DNA of 64,000 bases, taken from an uncultured Ruficoccus sp. (GTDB lineage Bacteria; Verrucomicrobiota; Verrucomicrobiia; Opitutales; Cerasicoccaceae). Below are positions 22,725 through 32,134 of this stretch, piece by piece. The stretch is taken from positions 22,259-86,258 of the forward strand of contig OZ223473.1 in NCBI GenBank assembly GCA_965140785.1, written 5' to 3'. Positions within the stretch are counted from its first letter, which is position 1. Each line of letters opens with the position of its first letter. The position numbers and the translations under genes are program-made. The notes below the pieces were generated by a model, which ran no database searches, was not told the origin of the DNA, and saw nothing but the letters and a program-made list of their open reading frames with translations.

Positions 22725-22751
22725 CGATCAACATTTCTGATACATTCGCTT

Positions 22752-23912
22752 TTAAGCGTTTCGCTTCCGCCGGATTACAATCACCCCCAGCACAAGCAGC
22801 CCACCCCATAGCGCCACTTCGCCCGGCTCGGGGACGGGAGTGGGCTCGATGACGCGCATAGCGTGGCTGAAGTTTTTATAAAACCAGTTGTCCTCGGTGA
22901 AAGGCAGGATTTCGACGCCGGGGGGCGGTAAGTCGCCGTCGAGGTCGAAGATAGCAGTGGAGTTGTCGTGGCTGCTGATGACGAGCGGAACGTCCGAGGC
23001 GGTGCCGTCCTCAAGGGTGCCGTAGGCGCCGAGCCAGATAACGACATGGGCGATATCGGTCGGATCATTGGCCGACCCGGTGATATAGAGCAGGTCGCCG
23101 GGCTGAAACTGCGCGATAATCTTCTCCAGCGAGCCGGGGGTGTTGGTGGCGCCACTGGCGTAGTTGGGACCGTTGAGAAAGCCCGGCGTGATGTATTCGC
23201 CGTCAGGGGCAATGATGGGATTGGCCGTGAGCGAGCCCACCACCTCCTGCCCCTGAATGCTGGTCGCGCTGTGCATTTGAATCCCCAGGCCCACATTGTA
23301 GATGTAGGCAGCCAGGTTCGAGCAGTCGATGCCTGCGGTCCCCATGCCGTATGTGTTTTTCCACGGATTGGTGATCACGTCTCCGGCGCTCGTCTTGAGC
23401 GTGTTCTGGTTACTGACCTCAGTCCAATCCCAGTAATTAGGGGCGTTCGAGTCGGAGGAAAAGCCGTTGGCGTAGGGGTTCCAGTCGGGATTGTGATGAT
23501 GCTGGTAGGGCGTGCCGATCAGGCCTTTGGCCACACTGAGCACGCGCTGCCACCGATAGACGGTCGCATTGACGCCCGGCGGTGGCGCAGGGATGGCCCC
23601 GCCGTTAACCACTTGGCGTGTCGAAACACCCAGGGTATGCGCCGGGGAGTCCGTGTTGTAGAGCTGCGGCACCGTCACTCCCCAGGCGTGGCCGATCCCG
23701 CTGGTCCAGGCCGGGTCTGAGTAGTTGTACCAGTCTGCCAAAGCAGGCGTGGAGTACTCGTTGACCGTATCGATGCGGCCCGGAATATCCGCCGTCCAGG
23801 CGGAGATACTGGGATCGAGCGTGATGGTGTACGGTGACTCGTAGCTCTGACCGCGAACCACAGCCGGGCTGAAAGCGGAGAGAAACAAAAGGATAACCGT
23901 AACACAACGCAT
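22752..23912 (-). CDS. NlpC/P60 (C40) cysteine peptidase with PEP-CTERM anchor
   Basis: LIGTPYQHHH, GIDCSN, QPGDLLY, AHVVIWLG; VPEP + TM + RRKR. Confidence 0.8.
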   Translation of the reverse strand: MRCVTVILLFLSAFSPAVVRGQSYESPYTITLDPSISAWTADIPGRIDTVNEYSTPALADWYNYSDPAWTSGIGHAWGVTVPQLYNTDSPAHTLGVSTRQVVNGGAIPAPPPGVNATVYRWQRVLSVAKGLIGTPYQHHHNPDWNPYANGFSSDSNAPNYWDWTEVSNQNTLKTSAGDVITNPWKNTYGMGTAGIDCSNLAAYIYNVGLGIQMHSATSIQGQEVVGSLTANPIIAPDGEYITPGFLNGPNYASGATNTPGSLEKIIAQFQPGDLLYITGSANDPTDIAHVVIWLGAYGTLEDGTASDVPLVISSHDNSTAIFDLDGDLPPPGVEILPFTEDNWFYKNFSHAMRVIEPTPVPEPGEVALWGGLLVLGVIVIRRKRNA

Positions 23913-24003
23913 GTTTGATAAATAAGTAATGTTTAATTACTCGTCAAGCTGCGCTTAGCGGGTGGGCTTGACACCGGTCCGGTTTCGCCTTCCCTAGCGA
24001 GGC

Positions 24004-24321
24004 ATGTGTCCGGTTAAAGCCATTCATCGCCTGCGAGTTATCGGGCTGATCGAGGGAGTTTCCTTCCTCGTGCTCCTGGGGATCGCCATGCCCCTGAAAT
24101 ATTTCGGTGGGATGCCCGAGGCGGTCAAGGTCGTGGGCTGGGCGCACGGGCTGCTTTTTATCGGGTTCGTCGCGCTGCTGCTGGTGGCGATGAATCTGGC
24201 CGACTGGAGCCTGCGGCGAGGGGCGATGTTCTTTATCGCCGCGCTGGTTCCCTGCGGGCCGTTTCTGGTGGACAAGCACCTGCGCCGCTATGCGCGGGAA
24301 GCCGGAACTGCTACTGAGTGA
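24004..24321 (+). CDS. DUF3817 membrane protein
   Basis: EGVSFLVLLGIAMPLKY, GWAHGLLF, VPCGPF. Confidence 0.85.
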   Translation: MCPVKAIHRLRVIGLIEGVSFLVLLGIAMPLKYFGGMPEAVKVVGWAHGLLFIGFVALLLVAMNLADWSLRRGAMFFIAALVPCGPFLVDKHLRRYAREAGTATE

Positions 24322-24340
24322 TCGCGGTTATAAATGCCGG

Positions 24341-24462
24341 TGTCATCCTGAGTAAGTCCGCGCAGCGGCGCAGCGAAGGTTCTCCATGTCCGGCCATCTC
24401 CATGCGTTCGCTCATATCGTACGCGGAAATCTTTCGATTCGCTTTGCCCGCTCAGGATGACA
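24341..24462. repeat. Palindromic REP/RPE-like element
   Basis: TGTCATCCTGAG...GCGAAGGTTCTCC ... GGAAATCTTTCG...CTCAGGATGACA. Confidence 0.8.
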
Positions 24463-24557
24463 ACCACTGAAGTTGCTGCCCGATCTTGCAAACACGCTCG
24501 AGCCGCCCCCCTTGTTTGGGCTTTCCACCGTTAGGGGAAAGTGTATAGCTGTGGGAT

Positions 24558-25145
24558 ATGCCCGAAAAAGAATCTCCCCAACCCACTGTTCTCAAATTCC
24601 TCGGACTGGACCCTGAAAAGTCGAAAAAATACGCCGGCTGGATTAAATTCGAAGCCATCCTCTTTATCGTGCTGGGTGTGCTGGCTATTCTGCTGCCGGG
24701 TGTTTTCTCGCTCGGACTGAGCATCTTTCTGGGCTGGCTGTTTCTGTTCGGCGGCATCTTCGCCACCGTCAACGCCGTACAGGCCATGAAGTCCCAAGGC
24801 GCGTGGCTGCGGCTGGCCTCGGGTGTACTGACCGCCCTCGCCGGTATCCTCATCATTGGCAAGCCGCTGGAGGGTGTGGTTGTGCTGACCATCATCGTGG
24901 CCACCTACTTCCTCATCGACGGGATTTTTAAAATCATTTACGGCCTGCAGGCCAGCGGCTCCCCCGGCGCGGGCCTGGCCGTGGTCAACGGCATTTTCGG
25001 CCTGATCATCGCGGGCATCGTCTATGCGCAGTGGCCGACCTCGGCCGAGTGGTTCCTCGGACTGATCATCGGAATCAACCTGCTCATGGCGGGCATGTTC
25101 CTCCTGAGCTTCTCCGGCGGCATCCACAAACACGCCTCCAAGTAG
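24558..25145 (+). CDS. HdeD/DUF308 family membrane protein
   Basis: Six TMs; QWPTSAEWFLGLIIGINLL. Confidence 0.85.
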   Translation: MPEKESPQPTVLKFLGLDPEKSKKYAGWIKFEAILFIVLGVLAILLPGVFSLGLSIFLGWLFLFGGIFATVNAVQAMKSQGAWLRLASGVLTALAGILIIGKPLEGVVVLTIIVATYFLIDGIFKIIYGLQASGSPGAGLAVVNGIFGLIIAGIVYAQWPTSAEWFLGLIIGINLLMAGMFLLSFSGGIHKHASK

Positions 25146-25492
25146 GCGGGTTGCACCCGCTGGCACTCATGGGGCTCTGCCCCATCGGAGCCAAAAGGCC
25201 CCTGCCCCAACCCTCTGCCATCTCCTTTCCCGATCAAGTTTTGGGCAAATCGGGGTGGCATGCAGGGCTGAGTGCGACGAACATCAGCGGATGCGCGAGC
25301 GTACACGGCTATAACCTAATTTAATAGCTTCAGCCTGGCCTAGGTAGGCAATGCGCACAAAACCCTTAATCTTCAATGCCTTGCACGCTTCATGCGCCCA
25401 TTTTACACGTTAAAGCTCCTGATATTCCGGGGGCTCACGAGGCCTTTTCCCGGCGTTGACGTCGGGGCTTCGAGCCCTCACGCTGGGTGGGA

Positions 25493-25981
25493 ATGAATTT
25501 TCTGCATTCGTACTGGCGCATGCCCTACATTGAAGTCCCCAAGTCGGAAAACGGGGGCCTTAATCCTTTTGTGTCGATCCCGCTGGAAGAGGATGACCGC
25601 AAGGTGCTGGTCGTCCTGCGTTCCGAATACGCCTATCTGGTGCTGAACAAATTCCCCTACAATGCGGGGCACCTGCTGGTGGTTCCCTACCGCGAAGTGA
25701 GCCGTCTGGATGAATTGACAGCGGAGGAAAAAGTGGATTTCTTCGACTGCATTATCAAGGGCCAGCAGATATTGGAACAGGCTATCCATCCCGATGGCTT
25801 CAACGTAGGCTTCAACCTCGGCAGCGCCGCTGGCGCCGGTATTCCCACGCATATCCATTGCCACATCGTTCCGCGCTGGAACGGCGACACCAATTTCATG
25901 CCCGTGCTGGGCGAAACCAAGGTTCTTCCCGAATCGCTGGACGCCATGTGGCAGCGTCTGCGGCAATTCGTCACTGCATAA
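25493..25981 (+). CDS. HIT family hydrolase (Ap4A phosphorylase-like)
   Basis: LNKFPYNAGHLLVVP, HIHCHIVPRWNGD. Confidence 0.9.
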   Translation: MNFLHSYWRMPYIEVPKSENGGLNPFVSIPLEEDDRKVLVVLRSEYAYLVLNKFPYNAGHLLVVPYREVSRLDELTAEEKVDFFDCIIKGQQILEQAIHPDGFNVGFNLGSAAGAGIPTHIHCHIVPRWNGDTNFMPVLGETKVLPESLDAMWQRLRQFVTA

Positions 25982-26055
25982 CGCGCGCCGTTCGTAGCGG
26001 CACCTCTACTGCTTCATTAATCCGAGAGAGACTCACGCGCGCACGCTCTTCGTGT

Positions 26056-27027
26056 ATGGCCACTGAAACCCTCACCTTCCCGAGCCCCCGCCATCTGGCC
26101 CAGCTCTACTGCTCCAACGACGACAACCTCGTCAAGGCCGAACAGGCCCTGGACGTCACCCTCGTCTCCCGCGACGACTGGCTCAAGATCGAGGGCGACG
26201 AGTCCTCCGTGGCCGCCGCCACCGAGCTGTTTCAGTTGCTGGACAAGCTCCGCACCCAGGGCATCCAGATCGGGCGTTCGGACTTCGACAATATGCTCGC
26301 GGCCATCGCCCGGGGCGAAGCCGACGAGATGCGCGAGGTCTTCAATAATCCGCTGGTCATTCAACTGCGCAAAAAGAGCATCGTCCCCAAGACGATCAAC
26401 CAAAAACGCTACCTGCAGTTCATCGGCAAGAACGACATCGTCTTCGGGATCGGCCCGGCCGGGACCGGCAAGACCTACCTGGCCATGGCCGCCGCCCTCC
26501 AGGCCCTGCAGGAGAAAAAAGTCCAGAAGCTGATCATCACCCGCCCCGCCGTCGAGGCCGGTGAGGCACTGGGCTTCCTGCCCGGCGACCTCAAGGAAAA
26601 GCTCCTGCCCTACCTGCGCCCGATCTACGACGCACTCAACGAGATGGTCGGCCCGGAGGAAACCGAGCGCATGGCCGAAAAGGGGCTCATCGAGATCGCC
26701 CCGCTGGCCTACATGCGCGGACGCACCCTTTCCAATGCCTATATCATCCTCGACGAGGCCCAGAATACCTCGCCCGAGCAGATGATGATGTTCCTTACGC
26801 GCCTGGGCGACAGCAGCCGGATGATTGTCACCGGCGACATCACCCAGGTGGACCTGCCGCGGGCCCAGCAGTCCGGGCTCAAGCAGGCCGTCGAGATCCT
26901 CGCTTCGATCGAGGGGATCAAACTCTTCTACTTCGACCATGCCGACGTGGTGCGCCACCCGTTGGTCAGCCGGATCATCCACGCCTACGAAAATCATCTG
27001 ACTGACCGGTCGAAGAAGTCCAAGTAA
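26056..27027 (+). CDS. phoH: PhoH family ATPase
   Basis: GPAGTGKTYLA, LGFLPG, AYMRGRT, DEAQN. Confidence 0.93.
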   Translation: MATETLTFPSPRHLAQLYCSNDDNLVKAEQALDVTLVSRDDWLKIEGDESSVAAATELFQLLDKLRTQGIQIGRSDFDNMLAAIARGEADEMREVFNNPLVIQLRKKSIVPKTINQKRYLQFIGKNDIVFGIGPAGTGKTYLAMAAALQALQEKKVQKLIITRPAVEAGEALGFLPGDLKEKLLPYLRPIYDALNEMVGPEETERMAEKGLIEIAPLAYMRGRTLSNAYIILDEAQNTSPEQMMMFLTRLGDSSRMIVTGDITQVDLPRAQQSGLKQAVEILASIEGIKLFYFDHADVVRHPLVSRIIHAYENHLTDRSKKSK

Positions 27028-27072
27028 GAGGCCCGTTTCGCCGCTTGCCGGCACTCGCGCCTTAGCCGTGTT

Positions 27073-29493
27073 ATGGTATTTAAGAAAAAAACCAAGAAGG
27101 AACAGACTGTTGAAGCCCGGCGTCGCCGCCGCGATGAGGCCCGTCCGGCCAACGTCCGCGAAGCGATCGACACCAACCAATGGGTCGCCACCGGCCTCAT
27201 GCTGGGCCTCACCCTTGCCATTGTGCTGATCTGTTTCATCGGGCGCTCGCCCGCCGGTCCCCGCGTCCTACCCGGCCAGACAGCCCGTATCCGCGTCACG
27301 GCGGAGATCCCGTTCTCCTATCAAAGCCAGCTCCAGACCAATCGGCTGATCGAGCAGCGCAAGCGCCAGATCGGCCCCTACTACCGGATCAACCCCGGCG
27401 TTTACGACAATTTCAGCAACAAGATCGACTTGCTCGAAACCGAGCTCAAGACCGATCTACTGCCCGAGCTTCAGGAACTTCCCGCCGACGACCGCAAGAT
27501 CGCCATCGACGCCTTTAACCAGCAGTTCAACCAGCAGAACAGCCTCGGGATCAACACCGAGGACCTCGCCCTGCTGATCGAGCGCTGCACGCCCGAGCAG
27601 ATCACCCGCTACCTCAACGAGGGCAAGCTCATCCTCCGCGACATCCTGCGCGAGGGGATTTTTCAGGCCAACCAGTTGGAGCCGCCCACGGTGGACGGTG
27701 AGACCGTCTCCTCCTACGAGGTCTTCGGGCGCGCCCAGGGCACGCGCCTTCAGTCCGAGGAAGACGCCGTGCGCCTGCTGCGCATTAACCTGGCCGGTCT
27801 GGACGCTGACACGGGGCTCTCCCGCGCGCTCTTCCGCATTTTCCGCAAGGGCATCAAACCCAACCTCGAGTATGACGCCACCCGCACCGAGGAGCGCATC
27901 CAGGCCGCCGTGGCCAAGGTCAAGCCGGTTCAGGTCACCATCGAGACCGGTGACGTGCTGACCGAGCCGGGCACCCGCCTGACCCCCGAGCAGGTCGAGG
28001 CCCTGAGCGCCTACCGCCAGGCCCTGAGTAAGAGCGAGCGTATGATCTGGGGCTTCAACGCTACCCTGGCCCAGCAGACCGTCCTGACCTTTATCCTCAT
28101 CCTGGCCGCCATGATCTATATCCAGGTGGCCATGCCGGAGTTTCGCCGCTCCAACCGGCGCATTCTGCTGACTGCGCTGGTGCTGCTGATCAACTTGATC
28201 CTGATCCGCGTGGTCAACATGATCGGCGACCTCGACTTCCTCAGCCGCAGCCCGACGCTTCAGGCCACGGTCACCTTCCTGGCGCCGGTGGCTTTCGGCG
28301 GTATCGTGGTCTCCATGCTGATCGGGGCGCGCGCCGCCGTCATGATTTCGCTCCTGATCGCCACCCTCTACGGGATGATGGAGGGCAACTCGATGGAGGC
28401 GTTCCTGATCGCTCTGGTCTCCTCACTGACAGGCATCCACTACTGCCGGGACATCCGCCTGCGCGCCAAGGTCGTGAAGGCCGGGGCCATGGCCGGTGTC
28501 ACAGTAGCGGTCAGCGCCCTGTTCTTCGGGCTACTGGACGACTTGGGCACACGCACGCTGATTCAGCAGACAGTGACCTCATGCCTGGTCGGCGTCCTCA
28601 CCGGCATGCTCGCCATCGGTGTATTGCCGCTGCTGGAGAATATTTTCAAGTTCACCACGGACATTACGCTGCTGGAGATGACGGACTTCAACCACCCGCT
28701 CCTGCGCCGGCTCCAGATCGAGGCCCCCGGCACCTACCACCACAGCCTGATGGTGGCCAACCTCTCCGAGCGCGCCGCCCTGGAGATCGGGGCTAACCCG
28801 CTCCTGTGTCGGGCCACCTGCCTCTTTCACGACATCGGCAAGATGGCCAAGCCCGAGTACTTCGTGGAGAACCAGCGCGAGGGCTACAACCCGCACGACG
28901 AGCGCAACCCCACCATGTCCGCGCTCATCATCAAGAACCACGTCAAGGAGGGCGTCGATATGGCCCGTGAGGCCAAACTCCCGTCCGTCTTCCTCGACAT
29001 CATCCGTCAGCACCACGGCACGACGCTGATCAAGTTCTTTTATAACAAGGCACTCAATCAGAAGCAACAGCCCTCGCTGCCTCTCGGCGGGGGTAACACC
29101 ACCCCCTCTACACCCGATCCGGGCGAAATCGACGAGAGCAGCTTCCGCTATGACGGGCCGCGCCCGCGCACGAGGGAGTCGGCCATTGTCTTCTTCGCCG
29201 ACGCGATCGAGGCAGCCTCGCGCAGCCTGAAAAAAGTCACGCCGCAGAATGTCGAGGACCTGGTGGACGCCATTATCTCCGAGCGCATCGAGGACGGCCA
29301 ACTCGACGAGTCCCCCCTCACCATGCAGGAGATCCGCCTCATCCGGGACAGCTTTGTCTTCACGATTCTGAATATGCTCCACAGCCGGGTCGAGTACCCG
29401 AAGATGGGCAAAAAGGACGGCTCCCGCCACCCCCAACCACCCATCCCTCCGCGCGATGCCAAGACTGATCCAGCTAAGTCAGCCTTCGTCTGA
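27073..29493 (+). CDS. 7TM-HD phosphohydrolase (PgpH-like c-di-AMP phosphodiesterase)
   Basis: Extracellular domain, TM bundle, GTYHHS, HDIGK, QHHGT, ADAIEAASRS; between phoH and ybeY. Confidence 0.85.
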   Translation: MVFKKKTKKEQTVEARRRRRDEARPANVREAIDTNQWVATGLMLGLTLAIVLICFIGRSPAGPRVLPGQTARIRVTAEIPFSYQSQLQTNRLIEQRKRQIGPYYRINPGVYDNFSNKIDLLETELKTDLLPELQELPADDRKIAIDAFNQQFNQQNSLGINTEDLALLIERCTPEQITRYLNEGKLILRDILREGIFQANQLEPPTVDGETVSSYEVFGRAQGTRLQSEEDAVRLLRINLAGLDADTGLSRALFRIFRKGIKPNLEYDATRTEERIQAAVAKVKPVQVTIETGDVLTEPGTRLTPEQVEALSAYRQALSKSERMIWGFNATLAQQTVLTFILILAAMIYIQVAMPEFRRSNRRILLTALVLLINLILIRVVNMIGDLDFLSRSPTLQATVTFLAPVAFGGIVVSMLIGARAAVMISLLIATLYGMMEGNSMEAFLIALVSSLTGIHYCRDIRLRAKVVKAGAMAGVTVAVSALFFGLLDDLGTRTLIQQTVTSCLVGVLTGMLAIGVLPLLENIFKFTTDITLLEMTDFNHPLLRRLQIEAPGTYHHSLMVANLSERAALEIGANPLLCRATCLFHDIGKMAKPEYFVENQREGYNPHDERNPTMSALIIKNHVKEGVDMAREAKLPSVFLDIIRQHHGTTLIKFFYNKALNQKQQPSLPLGGGNTTPSTPDPGEIDESSFRYDGPRPRTRESAIVFFADAIEAASRSLKKVTPQNVEDLVDAIISERIEDGQLDESPLTMQEIRLIRDSFVFTILNMLHSRVEYPKMGKKDGSRHPQPPIPPRDAKTDPAKSAFV

Positions 29494-29920
29494 ACTGCTT
29501 GCCTACGACGAGGCGGCCGTGGCCGATCTCTTTCACCGCCTGGACCAGTGGCTGGACTACCGGCTCCCCGACGGTGAGGTATCGGTCGCCTTCCTCGAAC
29601 ACGCCGCCATGGCCGATGTCCATGGACGCTTCCTCGAAGATGACACCCCGACCGACGTGATCACCTTCCCGGGCGACCCGGAAATGGACTTCGCGGGCGA
29701 AATCTGCGTCGGAGCCGAGCAGGCCATGGAAACCGCCCCCGGCCAGGGCAACACACTTTCGCAGGAAGTTACCCTCTATCTGGTACACGGCTGGCTACAC
29801 CTGGCCGGTCTCGATGACCGCAGCGAACCCGACCGGGCGCAAATGCGGCTTGCGGAAACGCAGGCGCTGGCTTACTTGGAAACTACCGGGGGGCTGCCGC
29901 AGTTCTCCCCGCTAGCTTGA
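29456..29920 (+). CDS. ybeY: rRNA maturation endoribonuclease YbeY
   Basis: PTDVITF, HGWLHLAGLDD. Confidence 0.9.
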   Translation: MPRLIQLSQPSSELLAYDEAAVADLFHRLDQWLDYRLPDGEVSVAFLEHAAMADVHGRFLEDDTPTDVITFPGDPEMDFAGEICVGAEQAMETAPGQGNTLSQEVTLYLVHGWLHLAGLDDRSEPDRAQMRLAETQALAYLETTGGLPQFSPLA

Positions 29921-30639
29921 AACAACACATGTACCGTCGTTTACGTAACGCTTTTATAGCCGGCCTGGTCCTGCTCGCTCCCCTCGGGGTCACTTACTTC
30001 GTGCTGGATTTCCTGCGCTCGAAGATCGGCTCCCGCGTCACTGCGATGATCCCCCAGAGCGCGCTCCCGCCGGATATCCGCCAACTGCCGATCGTGGACT
30101 TCACCCTGGATATGGCGGCGGTGATCATCGTGGTGCTGGCCATCACCCTGCTCGGCTTTTTCTCGAATTACTTTTTGGGCAAGGTGATGATCAAGGGCAC
30201 CGAGCGGGTCATCGACCGGGTGCCGTTCATCAACGCTGTGTACCGCACGGTCAAACAGATCGTGGAGACCTTCAGCAAGCAGCAGAAAGCGGTCTTCCAA
30301 AAGGTCGTGCTGACCGAATACCCGCGCAAGGGCGTGTATGTGCTGGGCTTTCTCACCAGCGAGGCCCGGGGCGAAGTGCAGGAAAAAACCGGCGCCGAAG
30401 TCGTTAATATTTTCGTTCCCACTACGCCGAATCCGACCAGCGGCTTTCTGCTCATGGTCCCCAAGGACGAAGTCATCGAAATGCAGATGAGCATCTCCGA
30501 CGGCATGAAGCTCATCGTCTCGGGTGGCGCGGTCAGCCCGCCCTATCCGGCAGCTCTGCCACCGGAGGGTAAAGAGGCAATCGCCCGCAGCCGCCGGGCC
30601 CGGCAGCAGGTCCCCCCCGCCCCAGAAAATGCCGGCTGA
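29917..30639 (+). CDS. DUF502 protein
   Basis: FVPTTPNPTSGF. Confidence 0.9.
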   Translation: MKQHMYRRLRNAFIAGLVLLAPLGVTYFVLDFLRSKIGSRVTAMIPQSALPPDIRQLPIVDFTLDMAAVIIVVLAITLLGFFSNYFLGKVMIKGTERVIDRVPFINAVYRTVKQIVETFSKQQKAVFQKVVLTEYPRKGVYVLGFLTSEARGEVQEKTGAEVVNIFVPTTPNPTSGFLLMVPKDEVIEMQMSISDGMKLIVSGGAVSPPYPAALPPEGKEAIARSRRARQQVPPAPENAG

Positions 30640-31240
30640 GGCGGTCCAACTGGAGGCGCTCGTCCTCGGACGCGAGCAAACCGGCGAGAACCACCTGCGC
30701 CTCTCCCTGCTGGAGCCCGAAATCGGCCGCCGGGAAGCCTTTTACCGGCAGACCCAGTCCGGCAAGGGCACGCCACCCGACCTTTTCGACCACGGGGAGT
30801 TTCATCTCGAAGCCGCCCGCAGCGGGCGGGCGTGGTTCGTGCGGGAGTTCCGCCTGAGGCGCCGCCTCAGCGGCATCAGCCGCCGCTACGCCAACCTCCA
30901 GGCCGCCGCCGAGTGGGCGCTGTTCCTGCGCCGCAACGCCGAGCATTGCCACGACCCCGAAAAGGTCTTCGACATCGCCCAAAAAACCTTCGCCGCCCTC
31001 GAGTCCTCGCCGCAGACCGAGGCCGTCCTGCTCAAGGGCTTCTTTCTGTTCTCCCGGCAGGAGGGCTGGCCCGTGCGCGAAGAGTGGCTGCGCAACCTGC
31101 CCGCCGCCGAACGCGACAGCGCCGTCCATATCCTGAACACCCCCCTGGAGGCGCTCGAATCCGAGCCCGAAGCGGCCCGCCAGCTGACCCGTGCGCTCAA
31201 GAATTGGCTCGCCGCTCGCGACGAGGTTCAGCTAGGGTAA
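30629..31240 (+). CDS. recO: RecO-like DNA repair protein
   Basis: N-terminal OB-fold-like LVLGREQTGENHLRLSLL; position in the phoH-ybeY operon. Confidence 0.65.
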   Translation: MPAEAVQLEALVLGREQTGENHLRLSLLEPEIGRREAFYRQTQSGKGTPPDLFDHGEFHLEAARSGRAWFVREFRLRRRLSGISRRYANLQAAAEWALFLRRNAEHCHDPEKVFDIAQKTFAALESSPQTEAVLLKGFFLFSRQEGWPVREEWLRNLPAAERDSAVHILNTPLEALESEPEAARQLTRALKNWLAARDEVQLG

Positions 31241-31245
31241 AGGGC

Positions 31246-32106
31246 ATGCTGCTGCCGCCGTTGCGACTGTTTAATCCGGGCCTGAAAGTCCTTTTTCTGG
31301 CCGCTTTCGGATTAATCGTCCTGCTCCCGTTTGCTCTCCAGGCGCAGGACGACACCGGCGGAGACTCCCTCTCCTCGAAGCTGATCGAGCCCATCCCCGC
31401 CCAGACCGACGCCGGCTCGCTCAAGATCATCGAGTACCACCTCAAGGCCCTAGGCGGCTTGGAGGCGCTGGAGGCCATCCACGCCGTCCGCTACACCTGC
31501 CATGTGCGCAGGGCGCAGGTGGAGGAGGATCTCGTCCTGACTGAGATGGGCAACCCCTTCCGCTTTCACGTCAAAACGACCCGCAAAATCAAAGGCAAGG
31601 CCTTCGACACCTTCAAGGGCTACAATGGCGAGATCCTTTGGAGCTACGATCCGAACGAAAAGCACGCCTTTCCCGAAACCCACGGCGGCCAGGAGCTTAA
31701 AGATGTTCAAAATGAGATTTTCCTCGACCCGTGCCTGAACTGGGAGGCCAACGGCTACACGTTCGAATACCTTGGGGAGGTTAAATCCAAGGGCAAAAAG
31801 CACTACCTCCTGAAAATGTACTTTCCCAGCGGGCGCACCGCATTTTTGTACTTCGAGGCCAAGACGCTCATGCTGACCCGTACCGGGATGGAGGTCGTTT
31901 TCGGCGGCACGATCGTCAGCCAGGACGTTTACAACACCAGTTTCGAAAAAATACGCGGCGTGTGGTTTCCCATCGAACAGGAATACTACATCGACAAACA
32001 GAAACTCGGGGGCACCCAAATCAGCCTGATCGAGATAACCCCGGAGATCGAGCCCGGTCTCTTTGATATGCCCAAGGTCCGGGAGCACTGGCTGCGCCAG
32101 CAATGA
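31246..32106 (+). CDS. Secreted protein, outer-membrane lipoprotein-sorting-like fold
   Basis: Signal/TM, ALGGLEAL, RGVWFP, LFDMP. Confidence 0.6.
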   Translation: MLLPPLRLFNPGLKVLFLAAFGLIVLLPFALQAQDDTGGDSLSSKLIEPIPAQTDAGSLKIIEYHLKALGGLEALEAIHAVRYTCHVRRAQVEEDLVLTEMGNPFRFHVKTTRKIKGKAFDTFKGYNGEILWSYDPNEKHAFPETHGGQELKDVQNEIFLDPCLNWEANGYTFEYLGEVKSKGKKHYLLKMYFPSGRTAFLYFEAKTLMLTRTGMEVVFGGTIVSQDVYNTSFEKIRGVWFPIEQEYYIDKQKLGGTQISLIEITPEIEPGLFDMPKVREHWLRQQ

Positions 32107-32134
32107 CGCACCCGGTAGAGAGTTTTCCACGGTC

